A stretch of DNA of 63,931 bases, filler included, from Sphacelaria rigidula (Eukaryota), in assembly GCA_964200075.2 (NCBI GenBank). It is 8 parts of 8 records of this genome, joined end to end, with 100 filler letters (N's around TTAATTAATTAA, not from the genome) between each part and the next. Parts side by side here need not be neighbours in the genome. Positions count along the whole stretch, not along the records: positions 48,026 to 55,928 come from CAXNAA020013034.1; positions 56,029 to 63,931 come from CAXNAA020013035.1; 6 more parts are not named here. One strand, 5' to 3'. Of the stretch, positions 49,465 through 62,366 are shown piece after piece. The number at the start of each line of letters is the position of its first letter. Positions within the stretch are counted from its first letter, which is position 1. The notes beneath the pieces were generated by a model. It was given only the letters and a program-made list of their open reading frames with translations. It had not been told where the DNA came from and searched no databases. The translations under genes were made by a program, and so were the position numbers.

Positions 49465-50599
49465 GGTATATAATATATTTCGTACGAGTATGCCTTTTCA
49501 GTGCGCTGCAAAAGAGAGCGTGGGGGAAAATGCCTTGCTGGCAGAGAAAACTCGGCAAAAGTGAACATGTGAAATGACACATATATGTACATAATACCCA
49601 TGGGATGAATGGAGGGAGAAAAAGCGCGCGAGTCCTCGCTTTGTCCCCTTCGATCGAGCAAGTATATATTGCCCTCCGCGAATAATAAACAGACGTGGAC
49701 AAACAAACACAACTGATGGGGGAGCCTCCAATTACGTAGAACGATGTTTTCGTGAGATTGAGAGTAGAGGATACAGTTGAGAAGGAAACGCGGTCAATTA
49801 GTGATTTACTCGTTTCAGTTCCGAAATATCCCTCCGCGAGGCCCTTACCGAAGCAGCGGGCTAACTCACAGTTATTAACCTGCGAAGGATCGGCACAAAG
49901 ATGATCCTGTGAGGTCAGTGTTGCGCCAAAAGCAAAAACAATTCTGCGCCAAAATCTTACCGTTTCGCCCTCTAGTGCGCACTGCTGCAGCGCACAGCAC
50001 CAGGTATAGCGACTTGGAACTGTTGACTGTGGTTACACAGCCTATGAGCGGTCAGCGTCTCGTAGCCGCTGCAGCGCACTTAAGGCTGTGCGCCATGAAG
50101 TGCGCAGCTCAACAGACGGTATACCGACCCAGCTGATCACTCGTGTGTGATACCCCGCATCTTGAATGCCGAGAAAAGTCGCAGAACGTCGTGGAAGTTG
50201 GATTCTGTTGCATGGTCTTACACACGATTGTAGCAGATCATCCCAAATTACCTTGCACGAAACCATTGGAACGTTTCCCGTTTCTAGGCTGCAGCAAATC
50301 GATTTTGCCAGTGACTTTCGCCGACTGCATCGTGTTTCCGAAAATGCACCTAAACATGTGCCGACGGACACATCAAGAACAGCTCATAATCCACAAACAC
50401 AGGAAAACGAATACTATCCCACCAGCAAAATAGCTACAAAACACCGGGACCACATGCAAGTGAAAGCACAGCAATTGAAACCGGCCAACATAGACAAAAC
50501 ATCATGCTGTGCTGCACAGCAATCAACGGTAAAACGAAGACCGGACGCTAGGCCTCGGTAGACTTAGAGAGCACCTCCCCTGCTCCACCTCTTCCGTAC

Positions 50600-52310
50600 T
50601 TGGGAGCGTGACATCGGATCGAATTGTTCCGGCATGTAGCGGTGCAGCTCCACCTCTACCCCATCCGTGCCCCCCTCCTCAAGGAACAGTACGTGGCCTA
50701 CACAAATCGCTGACTCTGCGCACTTTGATGTCACGCTGAACGTCGACATCTAGAAGAGAAACGCTTTGCACGCACGGGTGGCCACTGGGGTCTGTAACCT
50801 GGCCATTTTGGGACCTTATCCACCTTTGGCAAGATCCGCGGGTTGGGTAGACAACTGAGGAGCATTCGCACAGCATGGACAGGATCGAAACAAAACATGT
50901 CCCAGTCTTTAGGCGGGTGACTCCCCTGTAGACTGGAACATGCTTTGTTCCAAACCTGTCCATGCTGTGCGAATGCTCTTCAGTTGTCTACCCAACCCGC
51001 GGACCTTGCCAAAGGTGGATAAAGTCCCAAAATAGCCAGGTTACAGACCCCAGTGGCCACCCGTGCGTCTTCTGCGTGATACTGCGGAAATGAATAATCG
51101 GGGGCAGCGTTGACGGGCACGAGTGATCGCAGGAGTTAATGGGGCTGGTTACAGTCGATGAATCGGACGCTTCAATGCAGCTGGGCCAATTTCGACAACT
51201 ACAAATTAGAAACTCGCGCAAACAGGACACGTGCATCTATCCTGTGTGGGGATGGTCGGATCGTGGAGTGGGTGGACAGGTGGAGTGATGCTGCGATAGG
51301 GTCTGCGCTTTTGCGGCCTGAGAGGAAATCGGGATTTAGGCATGTCGAATCACCTTTGACTCTCACCACAGTTCTTCGAGCCTCAGGGTGGAACATGCAT
51401 CCATGACCCATGAGATAATTCCAGTCTGAGGTTCGCGCGGAGGGCACAATGTTCTCGATGGAACATTACTCTCATGTCTCTCAGGCTGGTTTTGGCCCCA
51501 AAAGTGCAGACCCTATCGCAGCATCATTCGGTGCTTTTCATTCCTCGATCAAACGTATCTATCCACCTGACACCACACGAGGACGATACCGACACGTTCA
51601 ACACTGCGCGGGTACTCACGGTCGAAAAGACGTGGACTAAATCTGTCGAGGGGCTGGGCAGCCTCGACTCCGGCCACGTTGAGCACGACATTCTCCGGGG
51701 CTTTGTCAAGCTTGACCGTGTCCTCGTCGGTGAATTTCGTCTGGTTCATGGAAAAAGTGCCAGCGACAGCGGAGAGAAAAAGACGGTGCGCATGAGGTAC
51801 GGGTACGAGTGCTCAGAGCTCCGTTGCACGCAGTGCGTGTTGGTATGACCGTCAGGGATTGCGATGTAGCATAAAGTAGTAAATGCACAGGTAGGAGCAA
51901 CCATCCTAAATATGATATCTGGAGTTGTAGCCCCGTCATGTACTACAGTCGTCAGCAGGCCCCCCGCTTCAACAAAAATCTGTCGGAAAAAAGACTCGAA
52001 TTGGCGGAAGTAGCGAGACAGGTACAAGAAGGATACATCAAAATGGGCAGGCTGCCGCGATTCTGAACGGGGCCGGAAAACACATTTTCATGTTGACGCA
52101 TTTCATAACAATCGCTACCCCTAACCTTAGCCCAATCCAACACAAACAGAGATCCCTCGGGCAAGGGAGGTACATGGCGTTCCCTAGCCAAAGTACGGCC
52201 TTGGTTGACCCCAAATCGGCGCCCGCGGTGCCGATTTGAACAAAAAGACGCGTTCTGGGCACGCCAGGACCACATGGTACTGCCGGCCCCACTGAAGATC
52301 CCACTATCAC
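50600..52310 (-). CDS. Unidentified spliced protein-coding gene (internal exons)
   Basis: Phase-compatible candidate exons: ~52310-52126 (...PEGSLFVLDWAK), 51979-51902 (IFVEAGGLLTTVVHDG...), 51740-51620 (TKFTDEDTVKLDKAPENVVLNVAG...LFD, GTGAGT donor) and 50697-50600 (HVLFLEEGGTDGVEVELHRYMPEQFDPMSRSQ). No family was recognised. Confidence 0.5.
50770..51068 (-). ncRNA. Long intronic hairpin, candidate miRNA/hpRNA precursor
   Basis: The 144-bp arms (50770-50913, 50925-51068) have no indels and 11 differences, 7 of which are G-U pairs on the minus strand. It lies in a predicted intron of a minus-strand gene. Confidence 0.5.
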
Positions 52311-55300
52311 TGTCCACACTCAAATCGAATGATACTAACCATGGACATACTACCCCGGTCAACTCTACTTTTATGGCGTCGGGTTGAAGGTGTACGTACA
52401 TGCCGAAGTTTGTGTGACTCAGGACTTGTGCACATGTACAGTAGACAGTACGCGGGTAGGACATTACAGCTGAACCAACATTAACACCGTTTCTTAAGAT
52501 TGAGAGTAGAGCGCTGAGTGAGCGTGGCTTTCATCATTCGCTTTAACTTAGCCAATTTCTCATTCTGTGTGTGCTTTTCTTTGCCTCCATCACTGGCGTG
52601 TGCTTACAGCTTCACGTCGATATCCTACTGGAGGATATCAAGGGTCTCAAAGGCAAGCTACTGCAGAAAGCATATCGGATCTCGTTGAGGGGTGTTTCTG
52701 AACCGAAACGATTCAATCCCTCATTGACCAGGGGGCAGCGAAAAAACAATTCAGGACACGTAGACCCCAAGATCGAAAATTCGAGTTTTTGAGGGGGGGG
52801 GGGGGGGGGGGGGGGGCAACCGTGTGTCCCCTGTTTTTTTGCCGAAGCGTTGGCGGATGCGGTTAGCTGCCGTAGACAGTAGAGATCCTTATACACACAT
52901 ATTTATATATATATATATGTACATGCATCATTTCGCATTTTTCACCACTTTTTCCGACTTTTCTGTAGCGGCAAGGCATCTTATCCCGCGCTTTTTTTTG
53001 CTGTGCACGAATAAGGCGCAGCGGTACATTACCGTTCAGGCTTGGGTGTCATCGGATACCTGTGGCGCGTGTTCTGGCCACCGAACGTCGCCCACACTGG
53101 CTCTTTTTCGCGGGGTGTCGATCCCGAACCACAAACGCCTTTTAAAGATAATGGAAAACTTGAAACAGGAACCCGAACCACAAAAGCCTGTTCATGGCGG
53201 AGTATTTCTCCACCGTGATTTTCTTTGCCTTTTCGTTGATTTGGGAGCACGAAGACAGCGGTTATGCAGTGAATGTCACGAGAACATGAGAGCAAAGCAG
53301 TTGAAAACATTTGAACATTGCCTTGGCCTTAGTCAGCAACAAACACAAGTCAAACGATCTGAGATCCCTTATTATTTAGTTTTGACGTGAAGCCTCCAAC
53401 ACCGTCATATCTGCGTCATGTGTGTCCCAGGTATGCAAACTCAACAGTCCACAAAAGCATGTTGAAGATTGGTTATGAATAATAATGAGTTGAAACAGAA
53501 TCACGGTGTTAAAACCCTACAGTCATGCGAACCCAACAGTCCCTTTCGTTCTACGTTGAACAAGACCACGGGTCCTGTCCACAGAAACCTTCTGACCACG
53601 AGGAATATTCCTAGCGTGTCGGCTAGACTGTTGTAGTAGCTTTCGTTGAACTGTCTTTGTACATTTGTAGCCACCGTGCTATGTTAACGTTCCAAGCTCA
53701 GAGCCAATGCACACGATGATATCAATCGAGTGTCGGCTACATTGCTCTTGGATATTTGTTGGATTGTCTGTATACTTTGGGAGTCAGAGCTATGTTCACT
53801 CCCAAGCTCAAAGCCAACGCACACGATGCCATCAAGCTCAGCGACAACATCCTGTGCCTCGTCAACGAAGAAGTCCTACACACAGGGCTACACCATTTCT
53901 ACAAAGATCAGTGATATGAGCTGCTACAGATCCATGAAATAAATGTTTTGATATGGTCAATGTATGTGTGAAGCACTGGGATGTTTCCTGTCAGCTCTCG
54001 TGAGCATTGTGCTGTCCCCAACCCGCCGTCATATTATAGTCAACAGAGCACTCTGCTGTATCAGAGACTACCTGGTAACAGGTGAGCTAGACATAGTCCT
54101 GCATACAGATAATTACTGTGAGCAGGTGACTCAGAGTGTCCTCCATGCAGGGCTACACCATCAGCAAAAGTAACTGCTTCGACGCGTTCCGATACTTCGG
54201 GGTGGTTGCTCCGGTTATCATGTCTTCTTCTTGGCACGCGAGCTACTTGGCACTTTGCCGTCGGCCTCAGTACCAATTATCATTTTTTCAACCGACGTAT
54301 ACCCGAGTGTTCCACGCACTAGAATATTTTGGGAAGTTGCTCCCGTGTAGCACGAGAGCTACATGGCACTTTGGCACCTCGGGTCACACATGTTCTCCGC
54401 TGGCGATTAAGCCGTCAGCCTTGTGCGCGCGTGAGAGTGAAAAGGCGAGGCGCGGCATAGTATGCAATGACTGCGCGGGTACATGTGAAGGAGATGATTA
54501 AGATTTTGCTGAGAAGGAGATTTCTTTGTGGAAATGTCATTCAAGAACAATCCGATAACGGCGTGGGCTCTGCAGAATCCGAAGAAAGCATGCAGAAGAA
54601 AAACGAAACACCGCTAACAATGACTGAAATATCCACGACGAGTGGCGCAAAACCACGCGAAAGGCTAGCAAACATCCTGACGTGCCTACCGCTTTTTTTG
54701 GTTCCAACTATGCCCATGCGAGCACTGATGCAAAATGCAAGTGCACGAAAGATAACTCGAACAAAACCTACGAAGTAAGCAAAGAAAGAGTTGGATCCCG
54801 ACGTCCAACTCTGATCGAAGGGGACGTACAGATGAGAGTGCCAAGATCCTATATACGACAAAAGCTACCGATGTGAAACGAACACAACGAGTGGTCGTGT
54901 AGTGAAGCGTGTGTGCGCGCGGGGGTGTCGTGTCCAACTACAGTTTGAACGGTCAACTTGCGATTCCAGTGCATAGGCACACAGTGTTGGCTGCTTGCAT
55001 GATGTTGTGACCAAGCTGTGATGCGGCATAACAGAGGAAACCTGTCTGTTACTGCTGTAATCTGGCGTTGAGGTATGCGCCTGACTGACGCGCGCCTGAC
55101 GGACCCAGCACATCCCGGACTCGTGGGAATGATGCTTCCGTTAAGACGTATATCAAGTGCGTGCGGTCGGCCCGTGTTGGGGATTTGGGGGAGACAGAAA
55201 GTGTCCCGCGCTCAGCACGCGTTCGTTGCTGACATGATGCTGCGCACACAGCCTACACACAGACGAGGCTGTGTGCGTGCTAAGGTGACGGATCACCACA

Positions 55301-55782
55301 CGAGTTACGTACTGTAGTACGACACGCGTGGCGTGCCTTAGCCCTCTTCACCCGAGTAATGATAGTCATAAATCGATACATCAACCGGCGGGTTACAAAG
55401 AAGTCTGCAAAAATGAGTAGTCGATTACAACACATCCGCAGCTGTTGCTACTGCTTGCTGCCTCTGTGTTCCTCACCTGTAGGCCGCAGCTGCATGGCTA
55501 CACGTTCGCCGTTCCCTTGCCACATTCGTTTCTTCACTACCGAGCCTCAACTGCGACTATATGTCGGAGTTGATTGTCTCTGTGGCGTCGACTACAGATC
55601 TAGCGAGGGTCGTGTATCGTCAAAAGAAATAAAATAAAATAAAATGAATCATGCGACTTTCGAGCAGTGCGATGGGCGACGGGCATATTTCTGTGAGTAT
55701 TTAATTGGCGTGATCTACTGGAAGGTACATATTCTCCAACACAAATACCCTCACAAAATGGAAAATGAATAACACGGACTCA

Positions 55783-55928
55783 TGCCGAGATAGCGCCCCC
55801 ACCAAAAGTGCACGTGAGACGGTGCGGCAAAACGGCTGCGATCCCACTATCGGGCTCGTTTGCAGCAATTTCGCCCAAATGAGAGGCGTGGAGCAGTTCG
55901 AAATTAGCTATTACGCCCAAATAAGTGG
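55783..55928 (+). mobile_element. 5' half of the MITE seen at 5209-5445 (cut by contig end)
   Basis: TGCCGAGATAGCGCCCCCACCAAAAGTGCACGTGAGAC...CAGCAAT...ACGCCCAAATAAGT aligns with the 5209 copy. Confidence 0.8.
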
Positions 55929-56890
55929 NNNNNNNNNNNNNNNNNNNNNNNNNNNNNNNNNNNNNNNNNNNNTTAATTAATTAANNNNNNNNNNNNNNNN
56001 NNNNNNNNNNNNNNNNNNNNNNNNNNNNTTCATACCTTTCCTAGGCAAAAAACGAGAAGGTATACCTTTTCTAGGCCATTGCCCTTTATATTTTCATAAG
56101 TTAGCGACATTCTAGTGTACTTCGAAGTATTAAATACTATTCATTCACGAAAAAGCCCCAAAACACGGAAAGAAAGAGGTACCACTTTTTCTTCTCTCAG
56201 CATGCCTTTGGGATTCTCCATGCTAAGTTTCAAAATACATTCTGAAAATTGAACTAAGAAAGTGGATGAGGGCCGGAACAATCTCGATTTTTCTTCCACA
56301 CGCCCCTAAAAAACGAAAAAAAAAAAAAAAAGAACAGAAAATCTCAAGAAGGTAACAACAAATTGCACTATTCCCCAGCTGTTCTCCATACCAAATTTCA
56401 AAGCACAACTCTCGAAAACTGAGACGCGAAATGCATACTTAGTTTCGTGGCTCTGCTGGTAATATACCGATTTTAGTATAGAATACTATTTGCGCCGTAT
56501 CTCTTGCGAGATGACGAATCAAGTGAAGGTGAGGGTATCGATCGTTTCCCCGTGCTCCAGGGAATGTCCACACCAAAAATCATCATCATCCGCTGTATAC
56601 ACCGTTCGGGGTTTCATATGGAATTCAGTATGAGCCCTATCTTCGTACGGTACAGGAGTTACTCAACATGGCGTTAGTTAGATCAACGAAAAAAGGGCCC
56701 ATACTTTTGAGCAGATGTATCTTTCTCTCTATTGGGCGATGAATACGATATGCGGGTCACGGACCAACTTGTCTGTGTCGACGAGATATTGCTTTGAGAG
56801 CTGAAATCCGTTTCTGGGCTAGACCAGCTCGTACCTAACTTCGTTTCGCGAACACGTCACGAAAGAATGAGTACATAACAGCCCGCTCAC

Positions 56891-59800
56891 TTTCGGTGCA
56901 CGAGCTTGTCCAGGTAGCAGGAGAGAAGCCGTTCTGCGGGGTCCCGCAAGAAGACCGCCCTTGTCCACGTCGGATCATTCATAATCTCGGTGGCCCTCGC
57001 CGGAGTGATGTGTTTCATCGTGTGCATCGTGTACAATTCTTGATCTTTGTGATAGTGTATCTGGGAGGCACCAAGCAGCGGGTTGAAAGCAAGAGCGACG
57101 GTGGGGGGGGGATACTCACGATCTTGCATGTCGTATTCATAAGACCATTGGCCGCATCCCTACGAAGCCGGGGCGGGGCACGCCGGGTTTTCGCCGGGCC
57201 AGGCTCGCAATCACCATGCGCGAAGCGCCGTGATGTGTTCGGCAAGTCGCATGAAGGGTGAGTTCTATCCTGCCAAGATTGCTAGGCCCGGGGCGTACCA
57301 ATAATCTTGCATATGGATGATAGACTGCAATAGAGTGTGCCATTTTCCGGTACCGCCACTTCCAGAGACAGCCTCGGGGTACACACAGCCTCATGTGTAC
57401 CTCACTATCTGAACGCTACGTAGTACGATCATCACCTTTGCGCGGAGTTCGGGTTCTTCACCTCGCACACTATGATCTAGCTCGACCACCATCACCGTTA
57501 CCGCAAAAGAAAACGCAAGAAGAGCAACAAAAAACGGTAACCTGGTGGGCTAGCTCACGCATTATGTGGCTTCTTCTACAGCACCGTTGCCAACCAACGC
57601 CAACCCTGATGGGGGTGGGGGGAATGGGGGGCACGGCTTAAGTGCGTACGAAAAGTGTTGCAAAACGATGGAACCAACTTCCCACAACAGACGTGAGGTC
57701 AACCGCTGATGTGAGAAGCTCAAAGCCGCAAGGGTACAGAGGGTTCACAACGTGAGGAAAGACTGAGGACCTGTCGGGGTATGTCAACCCCAGAATTATG
57801 TAAAATACTTACCCCATATCCCACGTCGAATGGAAAATAAGAGGACAATCGCACTCAAGCTACAGTATTGGGGAACGGGGTTCGAGGTTTATTTACTGCA
57901 TTATGCTTGTGAAACATCTCGAATACACCCTGAGTATTTCACCGGTTCCACAACAAGGTTCGGAATTGTCGACAATGTCCAATTCCACAACAGAATGGAG
58001 ACCGAACGCCCTCCAGTACACAAGCACTTGCAAAACAAACCGAGACTCGCCTGTGCGAGTTCGGACGTGTTCCAGCCGGTCGAGCCTTGCAGACGAAGGT
58101 AAAGAGCATGCACCTGTGTGCAGGCAACCTGCGCAACAACGGACATCAGTACCGCCAGTTAAATCGTAAAATCTGATAAAACGATGGTCGCACATTAACT
58201 TATCCGCCACGACCCAGGCCAAGGTGACAGGCAAGACGTCCCCAAGGTATGCACACAGAAACACTCGTTGAAGGGAGATCGACAAAGGGATGGAATGAAA
58301 ATGATAGGAGAATACGAGGTGAGCACAACTGTGAGATTGTCCCAGCTGCACGTATGTACTTGATGACATATTTGTTCCTTCTTGTCCTTGGAGGAAGGAG
58401 AAAATCTCATCCAAAACTTACCCCACAAGCGAGTTCGTGTGCCGATTATCCGGGGTCTCCGCTAGACTGCCTCACGGTAGTCATGTGGGGTAAGTGCCTC
58501 GAGCATTCGTAAGCTTTGCTCAAGGCAGTGCGGGGGTCTGATCCACTGAAACCCTCGCTCACCATGGTGAGTGCACACGCGTCGCCTTACTCTCATGATC
58601 TTCGGCTCTTGGATGACGGACGCCATCGTTCTTATACTCTAGGTGGAAACAAGACCGATCACCGGACCTTCACTTTTCAACAAGAGCAGAACAGCGAAGC
58701 AATTCTCAACGTGAACCTCGCGTATCCGTCTTCGAGACAATGCAAAGTGTGACCAAACTCGGCAAATATTCATCCAAAAGCGAAAAATTGCCCCGTTGAT
58801 GTCTACAAGCTCCTCAAAGAGTTGGAACTCTCACCGACGGTAGTACTCACCTTGGGAATAGCCAACATTACCAGCTTGTATTTCTCGTTGGCCAACCAGA
58901 AGTGCTGGAAGCGGTCCATATCCTCTCTTGTAACTACTACCTCCTTTTTCGGCCTCTTCTGCCAAATCGGCGGGGGAACTGTCGGATCTCTCTCCCACTG
59001 CTGCCCCCCAGCACCTTGCTCTCTTGCACCTTTCCTTTTCGACACTTCGGCTACTGGGGGCGCCCCTGCTTTCGCGTCGAGTGCGCGAAGCTGACGAACA
59101 ACCTCCGGTTGTGTCGGATAGGGTATCTTTCTAGGAGACTGGAACACCTCGTCTTTACATGATTTTAGCGCCTGATCGCGCCCACACATGGAAGTCGGGA
59201 GGAGAGGGCATACGAGCGTGGGAGGGGAACACCGGGGGGAGGGGGGTACTCACGACATTGCACGCCGCAGTCGTAAGAACATTAACCTCGAATTCCTACA
59301 AAGCCGGGACAGAGAACGCCGTGTTTTCGCCAGACCACGCTCGACGGACCAGGCTTACAATCATTCGCCAAGCGCGGAGCGCCGTGATGTGTTCGAGGAG
59401 TCGTATGAATGGTGAGCTAGCTGCATCCTACTCGGATTGTTCGGCCCGAGCGTACCAATTATCTTGTATATGGACGACAGCATCGAATGAGGTGCTTCAT
59501 TTTCTAGTGTCGCCACTTCCAGATACAGTCACGGGTTGCACTGCCCCATGGGTGTCTTACGATGCGAACAGTACGTAGTACGATCATCCCCTTTGCGCGG
59601 AGTTGAGGTTCTCCCACCCCGCACAATATGATCCTGCTCGACCACCATGACGGTAATCGCATGAAAACACAAGCGCGGGAAAAAACGGTAACCTGATTGC
59701 CTAGCTTACGCAGTGAGTGAAGTATTTCACAGGGTCGTTGCCAACCGACGTCAACCCTATGGGGTGTACCCATGATATTGCATGCCGTAGTCATATGACA

Positions 59801-62366
59801 ATTGTCCTTGCACTACTACAGAGCCGGTACGGAGTACGCCGGGGTTTCGCCAGATTAGTTTCTCCCAACCTCGCACAATATGATCTCGCTCGACCATCAT
59901 CATGGTCATCGCATAAAACACGCCAGCGAAAAAAAACCCGGCAACCTGGTTGCCTAGTTTTCGCAGTGAGCGGCGTATTCTACAGGGTCATTGTCAACCG
60001 ACGTCGAACCTATAGAGATGTACTCATGATGTTGCATGCCGTAGTCATATGATCATTGTCCTTGCATTACTACGGAGCTGATGAGGAGTACGCCGGCATT
60101 TTGCTGGACCAGGCTCGCAATTATTCATCAAGCGCGAAGCGCCGTGATTTGTTCTGCGAGTCGCATGAAGGGTGAGCTGCATCCTGCTAAGATTGTTCGG
60201 CCCGAAGCGTAATGATTATCTTGTACATGGATGACAGCCTACAATGAGCTGCTTCATTTTCTGGTACCGTCACTTCCTGAGACAGCCACGTCACCGGTCA
60301 AACGCTACGTGGTACGATCACCCCCTTTACGCGGAGTTGACGTTATCCCACCCTGCACAAAATGATCGAACTCGACCACCGTCATGGCTATCGCATAAAA
60401 ACGAAAGCGAAAAGAAAGAGGTCAACCTGGCTGCCTGGCTTACGGAATAAGTGGCGTGTTTTACAGCGTAGTTGCCAACCGACACCAGACCTTAAATGAA
60501 CATGAGGAGGGAGGGTGTTGACGGTCTTACTGAGCCGCGCCAATGCTCGGATAGCCTTCTCGTGACATAAACTTTGCCAAGATCATCACTGGGGTACGTG
60601 CGATACGACACGAGTCTGCGATGTTTTGCGGTGAATACCATGCACCACTCACGAAGGGCAGAGCAAGACCTTGAACATATAAGAACCCCTACTAGGCAAC
60701 AAACGCAACCATAGGCGAATACCCGACAAGCGGAAAGGAGAAGTATCATCGCTGCTCAAAACCCCGCGGATCCGGACGGGTCGAAGGAAAACAAAACACA
60801 CAAACCGTCCCTCGTTCTCTCAGTTACACACAGGCGAACGCCTTCTTCACCTCCTCCATGGACTCCGCTGCAGGCCCTCCCGGTCTCCAGACCCCGCCCA
60901 TCGAAGCCCAGACCCAATAACGAGCTGCCTCGCCGATTACCCCAGGATGGTCCACTTGTTCACAAGGGTCCTCGGGGATCCAGGCAAAACAAGCCTTCAT
61001 CTCCATGGGGTATTCATCTTCCCCTTTCCCAACACTGCCAGTCTGGTGACTCGTTTCGGCTTCTTTATCGCCGTTGACACCTTCCCCTTCTACCGACGAT
61101 CGGGCGGGCACAGTATTTTCCTCTAAACCCCGGCGTTGGCGAATCTGTATTTGTGCATCTACCCGTGCTCCTGCCGCTGCCTCCGGGGCATCAACACCTA
61201 CTCGGACCTCGGAACTCGGGCCGAAGCCATGTTCTCCCGTCCTCTTGGACATCCCTCTGCGTTCCCCATGTGGGAATAGCGCAGGTTCCCTGAACACGCG
61301 TGCTCGCGTCGTTTGAGATGGTCTGCTTGCTTCCTGTGTTCGAGACAGTGCCGCGTTTTTCTGCATCATACTCGATTCCCAATCTTCAGATAGTGAGAGA
61401 TCGATTCCTCCCTCACTTGGCTCCCAACCTTCAGATTCCGGCCGTCTGGCGTCCCGCCGGCTCCGCTTCCGGCTCTCAGATGCTTGCCGGTGTCCTCCTC
61501 CTCGTCTTTGAGGACCCCACCTTTCATACCTTTGCTGCAACTGTTTTCTATTGCTTGCATCCCAGAATTCCGACAGCAGGTTGTTCATATTGGCGGCATC
61601 AGTGGTATGCGTCGGAAGCGTAGCTTGAAGTCGCCGCCGCCGCCTTTGTTTACCATGCTCCTTGTTCCCATCGAACCTGCCGGCATCGGCCTTCCGGGAA
61701 CCATCCTCCCGAGGTGAACCCCCTTCAGATACTTGGTTTTCACTGCTCTTGTTAACATTATGGGTCTCAAGGGTGAGATCGCTCCCCCGCTCGCCTGGTA
61801 TCCCCGCATGGTGATTATCCGCTGCTGCCACATAGCGACACCACGCCATGCTTCGCCGCGGCTCGCCATCATCTCCGCAGATCTCCAGTGGCACCCTCGC
61901 CGTGTGAACTCTGGAAAGAAACGGAGGAGACACGCACATGAGAGTCAAACGAACGACGAGTGATGAATGGACGCGTGGGGGTGGTACGAAGGGCAACCGA
62001 TGGTCTTAAAATCAGGGTTAGGGTCAGAGTTAAGGATCCTCAATCCTAAGCTATACGCAGCGAATAAGTACGCGTTATCGTATGGCCAACACATAGTCGG
62101 TCAATTTTCCGCGGGCCATACAAATATCTTCGTTACATGCTGTAGTAGATATTCGCCAACTAATAGTTGTATGCGATACCGCTCCTCACGCGAATTCCGA
62201 GGGTTGAGAGGGGGAAGTACATGGCGTTGAAACGACGCCATTGCGGATCTGGACACTTTCCGACGCGAGAAGCAGTCCGAAAATGACTTCGCAACGGTAG
62301 CCGACGGAATGAAGCTGCTGCAGACAGTCGCACGTGTACGCTCGACGCACGTGTACGTGAAGCCAT
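56891..62366 (-). CDS. Carbohydrate sulfotransferase (Sulfotransfer_2 / CHST8-14-like family), 5' part, spliced
   Basis: Exons are 62366-62221 (tentative first exon), 61910-60851, 59171-58851, 58128-58051 (GC donor) and 57060-56891. The joined peptide has KYKLVMLAIPK|VACT (5'-phosphosulfate-binding loop) and RAVFLRDPAERLLSCYLDK (3'-phosphate-binding motif). The 3' exons were not identified. Confidence 0.88.
57102..57600 (-). mobile_element. Family-B non-LTR element, ~500-bp truncated copy in a sulfotransferase intron
   Basis: It aligns with the 59234-59755 and 60020-60490 copies. The 3' end GAGTATCCCCCCC lies ~40 nt upstream of the splice acceptor at 57061. Confidence 0.8.
59234..60490 (-). 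mobile_element. Head-to-tail pile-up of family-B non-LTR copies
   Basis: Repeated blocks lie at ~59234-59755, ~59760-60010 (internally deleted) and ~60020-60490. Each restarts at GTAC(T/C)CA(C/T)GA..TTGCA.GCCG.AGTC. Confidence 0.8.

Noticed and set aside
53700-54500. Short duplicated CAGGGCTACACCAT and possible degraded TE coding sequence
   Set aside because: Too short and no identifiable motif.
8509-62366. Functional gene cluster (RINT1, CYC1, USP, sulfotransferase, SANBR-like)
   Set aside because: Each gene is on a different contig, adjacent only because of length sorting.
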